Source of the DNA: Candidatus Poribacteria bacterium
Lineage (GTDB): Bacteria; Poribacteria; WGA-4E; WGA-3G
Reading direction: 5' to 3'
NCBI GenBank assembly: GCA_964291315.2
Contig: OZ219753.1
Location: forward strand, 96,001 to 160,000
Length of the DNA stretch: 64,000 bases
Made by a program: the position numbers and the translations under genes. Of this stretch, positions 54,158-64,000 are shown piece after piece; within the stretch, counting starts at the first letter, position 1, and each line of letters starts with the position of its first letter. Under the pieces are notes generated by a model, which was not told the origin of the DNA, searched no databases, and was given only the letters and a program-made list of their open reading frames with translations.

Positions 54158-57100
54158 GTGAAAACTGCTAACAATATAATTCCACTGACGGTTATGCTGG
54201 TGTGTTTTTGCAGCGCTGTCTTGGAATTTTCCGCAGTAGCTGCGGCAGAAGGCGGGGCTCCACCAGCGCCGGTTAATTACAACTTGGATGTCCGACCTAT
54301 TCTTGCGGATAACTGCTTTGCCTGCCACGGTCCAGACGCGAAGGCTCGGCAAGCTGACTTTAGACTAGATACAAAAGCAGGTGCTTTCTCTGAGCCGAGC
54401 GGGTATCCAGTAATCGTTCCGGGTAAACCGGAAGAGAGTGAGCTCTACCTCCGCATTGCATCGGATGATGTTCATCGTCGCATGCCTCCATCAGATTTCA
54501 ATAAGACGTTGACGCCGGCACAAATTGAGACTGTTACCGAATGGATTCGCGAAGGAGCGAAATGGGAAGAACATTGGTCGTTTACCCCGTTAGTCCGTCC
54601 CATTCCACCTGATGTTAATAACGAGGACTGGGTCCGGAATCCGATTGATGCGTTCATACTTTCACGTCTTGAGAAAGAAGGGTTGAGTCCGGCGAAGGGA
54701 GCCGATAAACGGACGCTCATCCGCCGCCTCAGTTTCGATCTCACTGGCTTACCCCCGACACGGTCAGAAGTCCATCGGTTCCTTGATGACGATTCGCCAG
54801 ATGCTTACGAGAAACTTATTGAGACGTTTATGGCAAAGCCTGCGTACGGTGAGCATCTCGCGCGGTTTTGGCTCGATGTTGCACGCTACGGCGATACGCA
54901 TGGACTCCATTTGGATAACTACCGTGAGATGTGGCCCTACCGCGATTGGGTGATCGAGGCGTTCAATAAAAATATGCCGTTTGACCAATTTACGATTGAG
55001 CAGCTGGCAGGTGATCTCTTGCCAGAGCCGACGCTTGAGCAGCGTATCGCCACGGGTTTCAATCGGTGCCATGTCACGACAAGCGAAGGCGGCTCTATTG
55101 ACGAAGAGTACTATGTCCGATACGCTATAGACAGAGCCGATACGACTTCCACTGTTTGGATGGGGTTAACCGCGGGATGCGCACAGTGTCATGATCACAA
55201 ATATGACCCGATTACGCAGAAGGAATTCTATCAGCTCTACGCCTACTTCAATAACATCACCGAAAAGGCCATGGATGGGAACCGCAAGGATTCTCCGCCT
55301 GTTGTGAAGCTGCCGACTCCGGAGCAGGAAGCCGAGCTCGCCGCATTTGCTGAGAAAATTGCGGCGTTAGACGCGCAGACGAAAGCCCCTATGCCCGAAA
55401 TTGACGCGGCGCAGATCGCTTGGGAAAATAGAATGCCCCGCTGGATGACGCTGGAGCCGACTTCCGTTTACGCTAAGGGCGGGGCGACCTTGGAAGTCTT
55501 GGAAAATAACGCGATCTTAGCTAGCGGCACCAACCCGGAACAGGAAATTTACGAGGTTATAGCGGAACTGCCACCTGGCAAGTGGAGTGCTGTCCGTTTG
55601 GAAGGCCTTACACACGAATCCTTGCCGAAGGGCGGGGTCGGAAGAAGCGATAACAGCAACGTGGTTTTAACCGATTTCGCGCTCTTCATCGCCCCGTCTG
55701 AAACAGGGATCCGCTCTGATAATGAGGCTAAAATTGAGACACAGGCAGAAAGTGAAACTGGGGTTGATATTGATATCGATGCTAAAGTCAAACTAGAAAG
55801 CACGCGAACAAGCGAAACCGGTACGGAAAATGAAGGGGAAGGTCGGTGGACGCGTATACCGATAGTGCAAGCCTGGGCAGACCATGAACAAGCGCTTGGT
55901 GAGGAGAGACGTGATGGTATTGTTGCAAATGCGATTGACGACAAGCCCGAAACAGGGTGGGCGCTTGACAGAAAGATCGAAAATCGACAAGCCATTTTCC
56001 TTGCGGCTGCACCGTTTGGCATAGAAGGCGGTAAGTTAAAAATTCGTCTCAAGCATGAGTACGACTTGCGGCAGAAGCAGCTGGGCCACTTCCGACTTGC
56101 ACTTACCGATGCCCCGACTATCTATCCGATCGGTTCCAAAATTACATTAGGCGATTGGCACGCCGCTGGGCCATTCCCGGCAGAACACGGGAACCTCGCT
56201 TTCTATCATGTCTATGAACCTGAAACGAAGAGCGTCAACACGAACGATAATTTTGAGGTGAACGGTAAAACCCTCAAATGGGAGAAGCAGACACATTGGG
56301 TTGACGGACAGGTGCATAACGACATCGTTGGTGAGAACAGCGCGACTTACGTTTTTCGAAACATCACCTCTGGTACGCAGCAGCGGGCGCAGTTACATAT
56401 CGGTAGTAACGATGCCCTTAAGGTTTGGATGAATCGGACTGAGATCCTTTCGAGAAACGTTCAACGGGATGTTGGATCGGATCAGGAGCAAATCCAGGTA
56501 CAACTCAAACCCGGTAACAATACGTTGCTTCTGAAAGTTGTTAACTATTCAGGGGTGTCTGGTTTCTATTTTCGTATCGAAACCGACGCGCCGATGGTAC
56601 CTGCAGACGTTGTTGAAGTAGCGGGTATGCCGCGCGGCGAACGCGAGCCTGAGGCACAGGCTCGAATTCGGGATTACTATCGGAACAACGGTGCACCCGA
56701 GGAAACTGTCAATGAAAACACGCATCGCGCATTTGCCGATTTGAAAGCACTTTTTGCTGATTTAGCAGAGGCCCGGCGGAAACGGAATACGCTGGACGCT
56801 TCGTTAACGACAACGCTTGTGATGCAGGAGCGAGAAGAACCGAGAGGTGCTTATGTCTTAGCGCGAGGTGAGTATCAGAATCGGGGAGAACAGGTTTATC
56901 CACAAACTCCTTCTATACTGCCTCCGCCCCCGGAGGATGCTCCGGTAAACCGTCTCGGTTTCGCGAAGTGGCTTCTGTTACCAGAACATCCGCTGACTGC
57001 TCGCGTCGCGATTAACCGGTTCTGGCAAGATGTCTTTGGAGTTGGTATTGTGGAGACATCAGAGGATTTTGGTACGCAAGGTACGCCCCCGGTGCATCCA

Positions 57101-57901
57101 GAACTCCTCGATTGGCTTGCAACTGAATTTGTTGTCTCCGGGTGGGATGTACAAAAGATGCTGAAATTGATGCTCACCTCAGCGACCTATCGACAGCGTA
57201 CCCGGGTTACGCCCGAAAAATTGGAACGTGATGCGGATAACGTTCTTCTCTCGCGCGGTCCAAGATACCGGCTTGATGCTGAAATGGTGCGTGATAACGC
57301 ACTCGCTGTCAGTGGTTTGTTATATACCAAGGTTGGGGGCCCCAGCGTCAAACCGCCACAACCGGAAGGAATCTGGAAAGCTGTCGGTTTCACTGGATCG
57401 AATACCGACACATTCGTTCAGGACATCGGGCCCGACAAAGTTTATCGTCGAAGTCTTTATACCTTCTGGAAACGCACTGCCCCGCCGCCACAGATGAATA
57501 TTTTGGATGCTCCGTCCCGTGAAGCTTGCACAATCCGCCGGGAACGCACGAATACGCCGATGCAGGCGTTAATGTTGATGAACGATCCACAATTCTTTGA
57601 AGCAGCGCGTGCTTTTGGAGAACGTGCGATCAAAGAAGGTGGGGAGACCCCCAAGTCCCGCATTGTCTATCTCTTTGAGACTGCAACTGCTCGATTACCG
57701 AAGCCGGTTGAAGTGGAGCTAATACTAAAGACATTCCACGCGCATTATCAGGAGTTAAAGGCTGATCCTGAAGCGGCAAATGCCCTGATTGCTATCGGTG
57801 AATCAACACCTGATGAAGCCTTAGACGCGGTCGAAGTTGCTGCATGGACAATGATCGCAAATCTTATTCTCAATCTGGATGAAGTCCTGAATAAAGGGTA
57901 G
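54158..57901 (+). CDS. Planctomycete-type cytochrome c protein (PSCyt1 + DUF1549/PSCyt2 + DUF1553/PSD1)
   Basis: 'DVRPIL...CFACHGPD', 'NPIDAFI', 'RRL..DLTGLPP', 'WLD.ARY.D', '[11 protein letters not shown]', 'HPLTARV..NR.WQ', 'HPELLDWLA' and 'TNTP.QAL.LMN'. Confidence 0.95.
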   Translation: MKTANNIIPLTVMLVCFCSAVLEFSAVAAAEGGAPPAPVNYNLDVRPILADNCFACHGPDAKARQADFRLDTKAGAFSEPSGYPVIVPGKPEESELYLRIASDDVHRRMPPSDFNKTLTPAQIETVTEWIREGAKWEEHWSFTPLVRPIPPDVNNEDWVRNPIDAFILSRLEKEGLSPAKGADKRTLIRRLSFDLTGLPPTRSEVHRFLDDDSPDAYEKLIETFMAKPAYGEHLARFWLDVARYGDTHGLHLDNYREMWPYRDWVIEAFNKNMPFDQFTIEQLAGDLLPEPTLEQRIATGFNRCHVTTSEGGSIDEEYYVRYAIDRADTTSTVWMGLTAGCAQCHDHKYDPITQKEFYQLYAYFNNITEKAMDGNRKDSPPVVKLPTPEQEAELAAFAEKIAALDAQTKAPMPEIDAAQIAWENRMPRWMTLEPTSVYAKGGATLEVLENNAILASGTNPEQEIYEVIAELPPGKWSAVRLEGLTHESLPKGGVGRSDNSNVVLTDFALFIAPSETGIRSDNEAKIETQAESETGVDIDIDAKVKLESTRTSETGTENEGEGRWTRIPIVQAWADHEQALGEERRDGIVANAIDDKPETGWALDRKIENRQAIFLAAAPFGIEGGKLKIRLKHEYDLRQKQLGHFRLALTDAPTIYPIGSKITLGDWHAAGPFPAEHGNLAFYHVYEPETKSVNTNDNFEVNGKTLKWEKQTHWVDGQVHNDIVGENSATYVFRNITSGTQQRAQLHIGSNDALKVWMNRTEILSRNVQRDVGSDQEQIQVQLKPGNNTLLLKVVNYSGVSGFYFRIETDAPMVPADVVEVAGMPRGEREPEAQARIRDYYRNNGAPEETVNENTHRAFADLKALFADLAEARRKRNTLDASLTTTLVMQEREEPRGAYVLARGEYQNRGEQVYPQTPSILPPPPEDAPVNRLGFAKWLLLPEHPLTARVAINRFWQDVFGVGIVETSEDFGTQGTPPVHPELLDWLATEFVVSGWDVQKMLKLMLTSATYRQRTRVTPEKLERDADNVLLSRGPRYRLDAEMVRDNALAVSGLLYTKVGGPSVKPPQPEGIWKAVGFTGSNTDTFVQDIGPDKVYRRSLYTFWKRTAPPPQMNILDAPSREACTIRRERTNTPMQALMLMNDPQFFEAARAFGERAIKEGGETPKSRIVYLFETATARLPKPVEVELILKTFHAHYQELKADPEAANALIAIGESTPDEALDAVEVAAWTMIANLILNLDEVLNKG

Positions 57902-58060
57902 GTGTTTGTCAGTTGTCAGCTGTCGGTTAAGAGGGTTCCCCGCAACAATTTACTACTTTCTGGTGTCTCTAATTTCGAGGTGATTGGCACAAGATCATTT
58001 CTTAACTGAAAGAGAGCGGATGACTGATAGTTGATGCCTATTAAGCAAGGAGTTTAAAGA

Positions 58061-59539
58061 ATGGATCCGATTAAAGAATATCTGAAACTTGAAACCCGTC
58101 GCCAGTTCTTTAGTAAGTGTGCGTCGGGACTAGGTGCAGCGGCACTCGCTTCCCTGATGCCGAATGCTGTTGTCAATGCCCTTGAAAGTCAAGCGGGCCA
58201 TGCGGTCGGAGGCTTACCGGAGTTACCGCACTTTGCCCCGAAGGCGAAACGTGCTATCTATCTCTTTATGTCTGGTGCGCCTTCTCAGCTCGACTTATAC
58301 GACTACAAACCGGGTATGGGTGCATGGTTTGATACTGACTTGCCCGAGTCTGTCCGGATGGGGCAACGCCTCACTACGATGACTTCTGGGCAAGATAAAT
58401 TTCCGATTGCGCCCTCTATCTTTAAGTTCAAGAAGTACGACAATGGCGGTGAAGGCGTTTGGATTAGCGAGCTGCTGCCGCATACGGCATCTATGGTAAA
58501 GGACCTCTCGATTATCAAGACGGTACACACGGAGGCGATTAATCACGATCCCGCGATTACTTTCTTCTGTACCGGAGATGAGAGTCCCGGAAAACCGAGT
58601 CTCGGTGCATGGCTGAGTTATGGGTTGGGCAGTGAAAATAGGAACTTGCCTTCGTTTATTGTAATGAACGCGACGTGGAGTGGGCCAAAGGGGGCGCAGG
58701 CGCTCTACAATCGACTTTGGGGATCTGGTTTTCTTCCTTCAGAACATCAAGGCGTGCTGCTCCGGAGTCAAGGAGATCCTGTCCTATTTCTCTCGAATCC
58801 GGAAGGTGTCAGTGAGCAGACAAGGAAACAGATGTTGGATACCCTTGTTGAGCTGAACACTGAGCTCTACAAAGAGGTTGGTGATCCGGAAACGCATGCG
58901 CGGATTTCTCAATATGAGATGGCGTTTCGTATGCAGACGAGTGTCCCTGAACTTACGGATCTCTCGAAAGAGCCTGACCACGTTTTGGAAATGTACGGTC
59001 CTGAGGTCAAGGTTCCTGGTACGTTTGCTAATTGCTGTATCCTGTCCCGTCGCATGATGGAGCGCGATGTGCGCTTTGTGCAAATTTTCCACCGTGGCTG
59101 GGATCAGCACGGAGATCTTCCAAAGAACATCCGCAACCAGGCGCGTGATATTGATCAACCCTCAACTGCACTTGTCCAAGATCTCAAACAACGCGGCATG
59201 CTTGACGAAACCTTAGTCGTTTGGGGTGGCGAGTTTGGACGGACTGTGTATTGCCAAGGGAAACTCAGCCCTGATAACTACGGGCGCGACCATCATCCGA
59301 AATGTTTTACACGCTGGATGGCTGGCGGCGGGATAAAAGGCGGTGTCATCCATGGGGAGACGGATGACTTTAGTTACAATATTGTCAGGGATCCTGTGCA
59401 TGTTCGGGACATAAACGCTACTATTCTTCATCAACTCGGCATTGATCATGAGCGGTTAACCTTTAAATTCCAAGGGCTTGACCATCGCTTGACAGGTGTC
59501 GAAGAAAAAGCACGGATCATTAGTGAGGTTTTGGCGTAA
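58061..59539 (+). CDS. DUF1501 family protein (Tat-exported)
   Basis: 'TRRQFF' Tat motif, '[21 protein letters not shown]', 'GWD.H', 'GGEFGRT' and 'GRDHH'. This is the usual partner of PSD1 proteins. Confidence 0.95.
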   Translation: MDPIKEYLKLETRRQFFSKCASGLGAAALASLMPNAVVNALESQAGHAVGGLPELPHFAPKAKRAIYLFMSGAPSQLDLYDYKPGMGAWFDTDLPESVRMGQRLTTMTSGQDKFPIAPSIFKFKKYDNGGEGVWISELLPHTASMVKDLSIIKTVHTEAINHDPAITFFCTGDESPGKPSLGAWLSYGLGSENRNLPSFIVMNATWSGPKGAQALYNRLWGSGFLPSEHQGVLLRSQGDPVLFLSNPEGVSEQTRKQMLDTLVELNTELYKEVGDPETHARISQYEMAFRMQTSVPELTDLSKEPDHVLEMYGPEVKVPGTFANCCILSRRMMERDVRFVQIFHRGWDQHGDLPKNIRNQARDIDQPSTALVQDLKQRGMLDETLVVWGGEFGRTVYCQGKLSPDNYGRDHHPKCFTRWMAGGGIKGGVIHGETDDFSYNIVRDPVHVRDINATILHQLGIDHERLTFKFQGLDHRLTGVEEKARIISEVLA

Positions 59540-59630
59540 CCGGTAGGCACAAAAGATTTGGGATTTTCTCAGCACGGTGTCACTAGCGCCCGCTTGTCGT
59601 TCTTTTACAAGGATTTTGAAAGAGAAGCAG

Positions 59631-60788
59631 ATGTACGAAAAGCATGGTGAAATAATTAGTGCACAAACTTTCCTTGAAGCGTTACAGTACGAGGTCGGGC
59701 ATGTAGCCCTTACAAATTGTACCATCGAAGGTGTCGTTGACATGTTTTCTACGGAGCTAGAACGCGACGAACATGACAGGATTCTTCTTGAAAAGCCGCT
59801 CACATGCATCGGATGTACATTTAAGGATATTGTCAATTTCCGGAGAGTCGTTTTTCAACAAGATGTAGATTTTCGGCGTACGATTTTCGAGGGAATTCTT
59901 GATTTAGATGAATCTGTCTTACACGGCCCCTGTGCATTCCGTGAAGCTACCTTTCAGAGTCGGGCTGATTTTCATAGTGCTATGTTCTGTAGAAGTGCAA
60001 GTTTTTGGCGAGCAAGATTTAACAATGTTGCTGATTTCCATGCCGTTCAATTCCGGGAGAACGCAGTTTTCAACGAGGCAGACTTCCATAATGAAGTTAA
60101 TTTCCGTCGCGTGCTGTTTCAAGGCACCCTTGATTTTAGAGGCACACTGTTTCCGGAAGTCACTGCCTTTAATAACGCTACATTTCTGGGACATGCCAAC
60201 TTTACTGGTGCACGGTTCATTTCTGTTGCTACATTTCAGAAAGTTCAATATGTTCCAGACACACTTTTTCAGGCAGTGAAAGCGAAGCTCAGCAGAGAAC
60301 AACATCATCCGACACAATTCTATTTGGATAGCCAGCAGATAGACGAATCGGCGAACCCTTTTTTTAAGCGTTATGTTGCTGACCAGCAGTTCATCCGCGC
60401 TTTCAATCAGGTGAATCCTATACTGGCATGCTTATGGCGATGGAGTTCAGATTATGGGCGGAGTCTCGGGCTTTGGGCGCTTTGGTCGATGTTTTTTGCC
60501 CTGCTTTTTACCGTTGCTTATATGCCGCTTCCAGGCTGGTCACCGACTTGGCTGCAGAACTTTGCACCACAGTTCCATCAGACCACTGGTGCGTATAGTG
60601 GCGAGCCCTTGACTTTTTGGAATTGCTTCTACTTCAGTATCGTCACCTTTACGACGCTCGGCTTCGGAGATATCGTTGCAGACAACGCCACTGCCCGCTG
60701 CCTCGTTACGTTGGAAGTGGTTTTTGGGTATGTGATGTTGGGTGGGTTGATTAGTATTTTTTCAAACAAATTAGCGAGTCGAGCCTAA
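59631..60788 (+). CDS. Pentapeptide-repeat protein fused to a two-TM K+-channel-like pore (Ion_trans_2)
   Basis: Repeated (A/V)xFxx(A/V)xF units, then TM1 and 'FYFS.VTFTTLGFGD', then TM2. Confidence 0.85.
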   Translation: MYEKHGEIISAQTFLEALQYEVGHVALTNCTIEGVVDMFSTELERDEHDRILLEKPLTCIGCTFKDIVNFRRVVFQQDVDFRRTIFEGILDLDESVLHGPCAFREATFQSRADFHSAMFCRSASFWRARFNNVADFHAVQFRENAVFNEADFHNEVNFRRVLFQGTLDFRGTLFPEVTAFNNATFLGHANFTGARFISVATFQKVQYVPDTLFQAVKAKLSREQHHPTQFYLDSQQIDESANPFFKRYVADQQFIRAFNQVNPILACLWRWSSDYGRSLGLWALWSMFFALLFTVAYMPLPGWSPTWLQNFAPQFHQTTGAYSGEPLTFWNCFYFSIVTFTTLGFGDIVADNATARCLVTLEVVFGYVMLGGLISIFSNKLASRA

Positions 60789-60806
60789 TCTGGTAGGAGG
60801 CTGTTT

Positions 60807-63233
60807 GTGCAAACAAAAACCTTAAACCCCTTTTCTGCTTTTACATTCATAATCCTCATCTTCATCTTTCTAAGCAGTGCGGCAGCACCACACGCTTCTA
60901 GTGCCGCTGATTCTGACTATTTCGATCACATCACACTGTTTTCTCGCGGTAGGGTTATCCGTTTCACACAGATGCCGATCCGGGTTTATATCTCGCCTGT
61001 TTTAAAAGAGAGTTTGTACTTACCTGAAATCCGATACGCTATGCGAGTGTGGCACCAAGCAAGTAACGGCAATATCCACTTCGAAGAGACAGATGTTCCT
61101 GAAGATGCTAACATCCGCGTGCGGTGGAGCTATACCGGTTTTCTAGCAGATTTTCAGGATACCAGACTCGGTAGTGCGGAGCTAACGTGCTTCAAAGATG
61201 GCCCCCAGATTGAAATCTCGCCTGATGAACCGAGCATTGGAGGTGTGGAAATTGTCGAAAATTCGGAAACTCAAACAGGTGATTCTGTCAGTTTTAGGGT
61301 GGAGGTTATCCTTATGTTGGACGGGGATGGGACTACTGGGGGGTTGTCTGCGGAAGAGATGCGAACAGTATGTCTCCATGAGTTTGGGCACGCCCTTGGA
61401 TTGTGGGGACACAGTCCACATCCGGGGGACATCAGCTATCCGACAGCAACGGCGCAGCAGCTGAGCGCTCGCGATATAGCTACGTTGAGAAAGCTCTATG
61501 ATACGCCGCTTAATACGGCTCAGCACGACATTACTATCAGCGTGCTAAAAAACGCAATTGAACAAAAGCCTTATGTTGATCTGAAAACATATCTTCGGAC
61601 ACACTATCTATTGGGAACGATCTATTTTGATAAAGGCGATGTACCGGCTGCAATTGCTACTTTCCAGGCCTGCTACGGGCTGAATCCGAATTTTCAGCCC
61701 GCTGTGGAAAAACTGGTCCAAATCTATCATGAAATCGGGGAAACGGATCAAGCGATAGCGCTTGTTGAGAGGCGGGTTGGTCAGAAACCGTCGGCAGCAG
61801 ATTATAATACGCTCGGTATCTTCTACCATGAGAAAAAAGATGTCGAGAAAGCGATACGGGCGTTTGAGCAGGTACTGCACATGGTGCCGTATCATAAAGC
61901 TGCCCGGCGAAATCTTCATCAACTTCTGAGGGTAAAGGGGCTCAAGGCGTTGGCAGCGAAAGACTTTCATACTGCTACTCCACTTTTTGAAAGAGCACTG
62001 CAGATGGCACCTCTCGATGCGCCGACATATCAACTGATGGGCAACGGGTATGCACAAGTTGAACGATTTGAAATTGCTATCGCCTACTATCAGAAGGCGA
62101 TTGACCTTAATCCTGTTGATCTGCTGACACAGCAAAACCTTGCACAATGCTATAATAACTACGGCGTGGCCCTGCGAAATCGTGAGAAATGGGATGCGGC
62201 AATTGAGGCGTATCGGCGTGCTTTGCAGTTGATGCCGACGCTCCATATTGCTCAAACAAACTTGAGTGATGCCTTCACCCGAAAAGCGAGGAAACATAGC
62301 GAGGCAGGGGAGTTAGACGCAGCGGTGCAGACGTATCTTGAATTACAGGAACTTCATCCAGGTGAGATGCATATTCACAATTTGATCGGGGAATTGTATC
62401 TGAAAAAAGGCGATTATGCAGAAGCATTGTCTACGTTCCGGCACGTTTATAACGATAATCCGAATGCTAATTACGCTTTGCACAATCTCATTGCAGCGTA
62501 TCATAACTACGCGCGAAGCCTCATCGATGCAGGGAATTATACAACAGCGATTGATCTACTTCAGAAGGCTCTCCGACATGCCCCTACCGATCTGAACTTA
62601 CGTTTGAGCTTAGTGAATGCGTATCAGAGTGCGGAAAACTATGAACATGCCACCGTTGAACTGTCGCGCATCTTAGCACAGGCCCCGGAAAATTTACAAG
62701 CAAAAGAGGAGCAAGTTAACCTGAGAATCCGACACGGAAATGCCCTTATGGGGCGACGAGAATACGCCGCTGCGTTGGTCGCGTTCGAGGCGATCCCTGA
62801 ATCCAAACGCGACATTAGGATCCACAACACCATCGGCTATCTTTGTCTTGTGCAAGGTGAACTAGAGAAAGCGCTTTCGGTTTTTGAGACTGTTCTCCAA
62901 AGAGATCCCCTTAACATGCCGGCATTCAGGAATCTGTTATCGTTGGAATCTCAACTCATCCGGCGGCGTTTCTATAAAATAAGAGGCCCTATTCTTGCTA
63001 AAACCCGGTGCACGCTTGCTATTACCTTGATGGATCGGAAGCGTCCGGATGCTGCTGTTCAGCGGTATCAACTCGCTTTGTCTTCTGTCAAAAAAAGAGT
63101 TAAATCTAATACTTTGGATACCGTCCTCATTGAAACCGGGAGGGAGCTTGCCAAACAGTTTCAACAACATGGTGACACCGAAAATCGAGAGAGGATCCTC
63201 CGGTGGGTCGAAGAACGCGCAAAAAAACGGTAA
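60807..63233 (+). CDS. Secreted matrixin-like zinc metalloprotease with multiple TPRs
   Basis: AGGAGG RBS, signal peptide, HEFGHALGLWGH and about 12 TPR-like repeats. Confidence 0.88.
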   Translation: MQTKTLNPFSAFTFIILIFIFLSSAAAPHASSAADSDYFDHITLFSRGRVIRFTQMPIRVYISPVLKESLYLPEIRYAMRVWHQASNGNIHFEETDVPEDANIRVRWSYTGFLADFQDTRLGSAELTCFKDGPQIEISPDEPSIGGVEIVENSETQTGDSVSFRVEVILMLDGDGTTGGLSAEEMRTVCLHEFGHALGLWGHSPHPGDISYPTATAQQLSARDIATLRKLYDTPLNTAQHDITISVLKNAIEQKPYVDLKTYLRTHYLLGTIYFDKGDVPAAIATFQACYGLNPNFQPAVEKLVQIYHEIGETDQAIALVERRVGQKPSAADYNTLGIFYHEKKDVEKAIRAFEQVLHMVPYHKAARRNLHQLLRVKGLKALAAKDFHTATPLFERALQMAPLDAPTYQLMGNGYAQVERFEIAIAYYQKAIDLNPVDLLTQQNLAQCYNNYGVALRNREKWDAAIEAYRRALQLMPTLHIAQTNLSDAFTRKARKHSEAGELDAAVQTYLELQELHPGEMHIHNLIGELYLKKGDYAEALSTFRHVYNDNPNANYALHNLIAAYHNYARSLIDAGNYTTAIDLLQKALRHAPTDLNLRLSLVNAYQSAENYEHATVELSRILAQAPENLQAKEEQVNLRIRHGNALMGRREYAAALVAFEAIPESKRDIRIHNTIGYLCLVQGELEKALSVFETVLQRDPLNMPAFRNLLSLESQLIRRRFYKIRGPILAKTRCTLAITLMDRKRPDAAVQRYQLALSSVKKRVKSNTLDTVLIETGRELAKQFQQHGDTENRERILRWVEERAKKR

Positions 63234-63352
63234 TTTCTCAGGGCGTTGGTAGGTGGACTCCGAAGTCGAGTCATCTTGGAAAGACCGCTTTACGGTAGGT
63301 TTTGGAATGGCTTAGACATGGTGCCTGGCGCGATTAGGAACCGCGACTCCTA

Positions 63353-63383
63353 GAAAGGAAAGGTCGGACATTTCTGCCCGACC
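63353..63383 (-). terminator. Rho-independent terminator
   Basis: The minus strand reads GGTCGGGCA-GAAA-TGTCCGACC followed by TTTCCTTTC, downstream of 63429..63926. Confidence 0.7.
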
Positions 63384-63428
63384 GGGAAGATCCTAGCGAA
63401 TGAGCTCCGCAGTTTCTATTGTGCAGTA

Positions 63429-63926
63429 TTATCGACGACCGCCACCGCGCCGCCCGCCGCCTTCACTACGCCTGCGGTTCATACGGTTTGATTGCTCTGT
63501 CTCCCGTTTCTTTGTTAGCTCGTTAAGTTTAGCCATCTGTTCTGGTGTTAAAACCTCTTGGAGACTCATTTGGAACTCTTTTCCAACGGTTGCGGCATAA
63601 TTTCCCATTTCTGTCATAGCCGAACGTATATCACCGGATGCTTGTAGTTCTTTCATCTTTGCTTCAAATTTATCTCGGGTTATCTGATAGATGGGGCGTG
63701 CTTTCATGAGTGTTGCATCGTCTACTTTTACGCTGAATGTCAAATCGACCCAAGAGTTATCGACCAGAGAGACGAGATTCATCATGTTTCCACCTCCACC
63801 GCGACCCTGGTTTGCCCGTGGTGCGTTTCGGTCGGGGCGTTGTGCAGATGTCATGTGTTCAAGAACAAATACCCCCATGAGTGTCATAACTATGATTGCG
63901 CCGATTGTGAAAAATTTCCGCTTCAT
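63429..63926 (-). CDS. Exported hypothetical protein (Spy/CpxP-like helical, Gly/Arg-rich ends)
   Basis: AGGAG RBS, signal peptide and 'VLTPEQ' motif. Confidence 0.7.
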   Translation of the reverse strand: MKRKFFTIGAIIVMTLMGVFVLEHMTSAQRPDRNAPRANQGRGGGGNMMNLVSLVDNSWVDLTFSVKVDDATLMKARPIYQITRDKFEAKMKELQASGDIRSAMTEMGNYAATVGKEFQMSLQEVLTPEQMAKLNELTKKRETEQSNRMNRRRSEGGGRRGGGRR

Positions 63927-64000
63927 TGTGTTTCTCCTGTTAGAAAGTTGATTATGTGAAGTCCTTCAATGTTTTTTCAGGCGTTCACATTTTGGTTTTG

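Overview
A gene-dense bacterial chromosomal window of about 50% GC with roughly 50 CDSs. No rRNA, tRNA, CRISPR array or intact transposase was recognised. The gene repertoire suggests a sponge-symbiont-type bacterium such as Candidatus Poribacteria (inference). It includes two PhyH dioxygenases, two Gfo/Idh/MocA oxidoreductases, a PSD1/DUF1501 pair, LRR/TPR/lamin-tail proteins, secreted proteins ending in 'NYPNPFNPETWIPY...ATRKMLIRK' or 'GKLTTRWGELK', and a PorV-like barrel. Other content: the 3' end of a type ISP restriction-modification gene, a cysK-cysH-sulfur carrier-JAB protease cluster, a radical SAM/SPASM (AhbD/NirJ-like) operon with two PCP-reductase-domain proteins, a five-gene peptide/oligosaccharide ABC transporter, an ECF sigma/anti-sigma pair, and housekeeping genes (rsmI, rpiA, bioF, pepP). 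The most notable unexplained signal is non-coding. Two loci 47 kb apart (5641+ and 52947-) share a near-identical consensus sigma70 promoter, a conserved stem-loop and an 'MKxLY' upstream ORF, and both lie ahead of secreted/surface protein genes. One copy carries a C9 tract that could switch the leader ORF frame. Also seen: an apparent ATA start codon, two probable leaderless genes, GTAG-type REP elements and a decayed WD40-dockerin gene.
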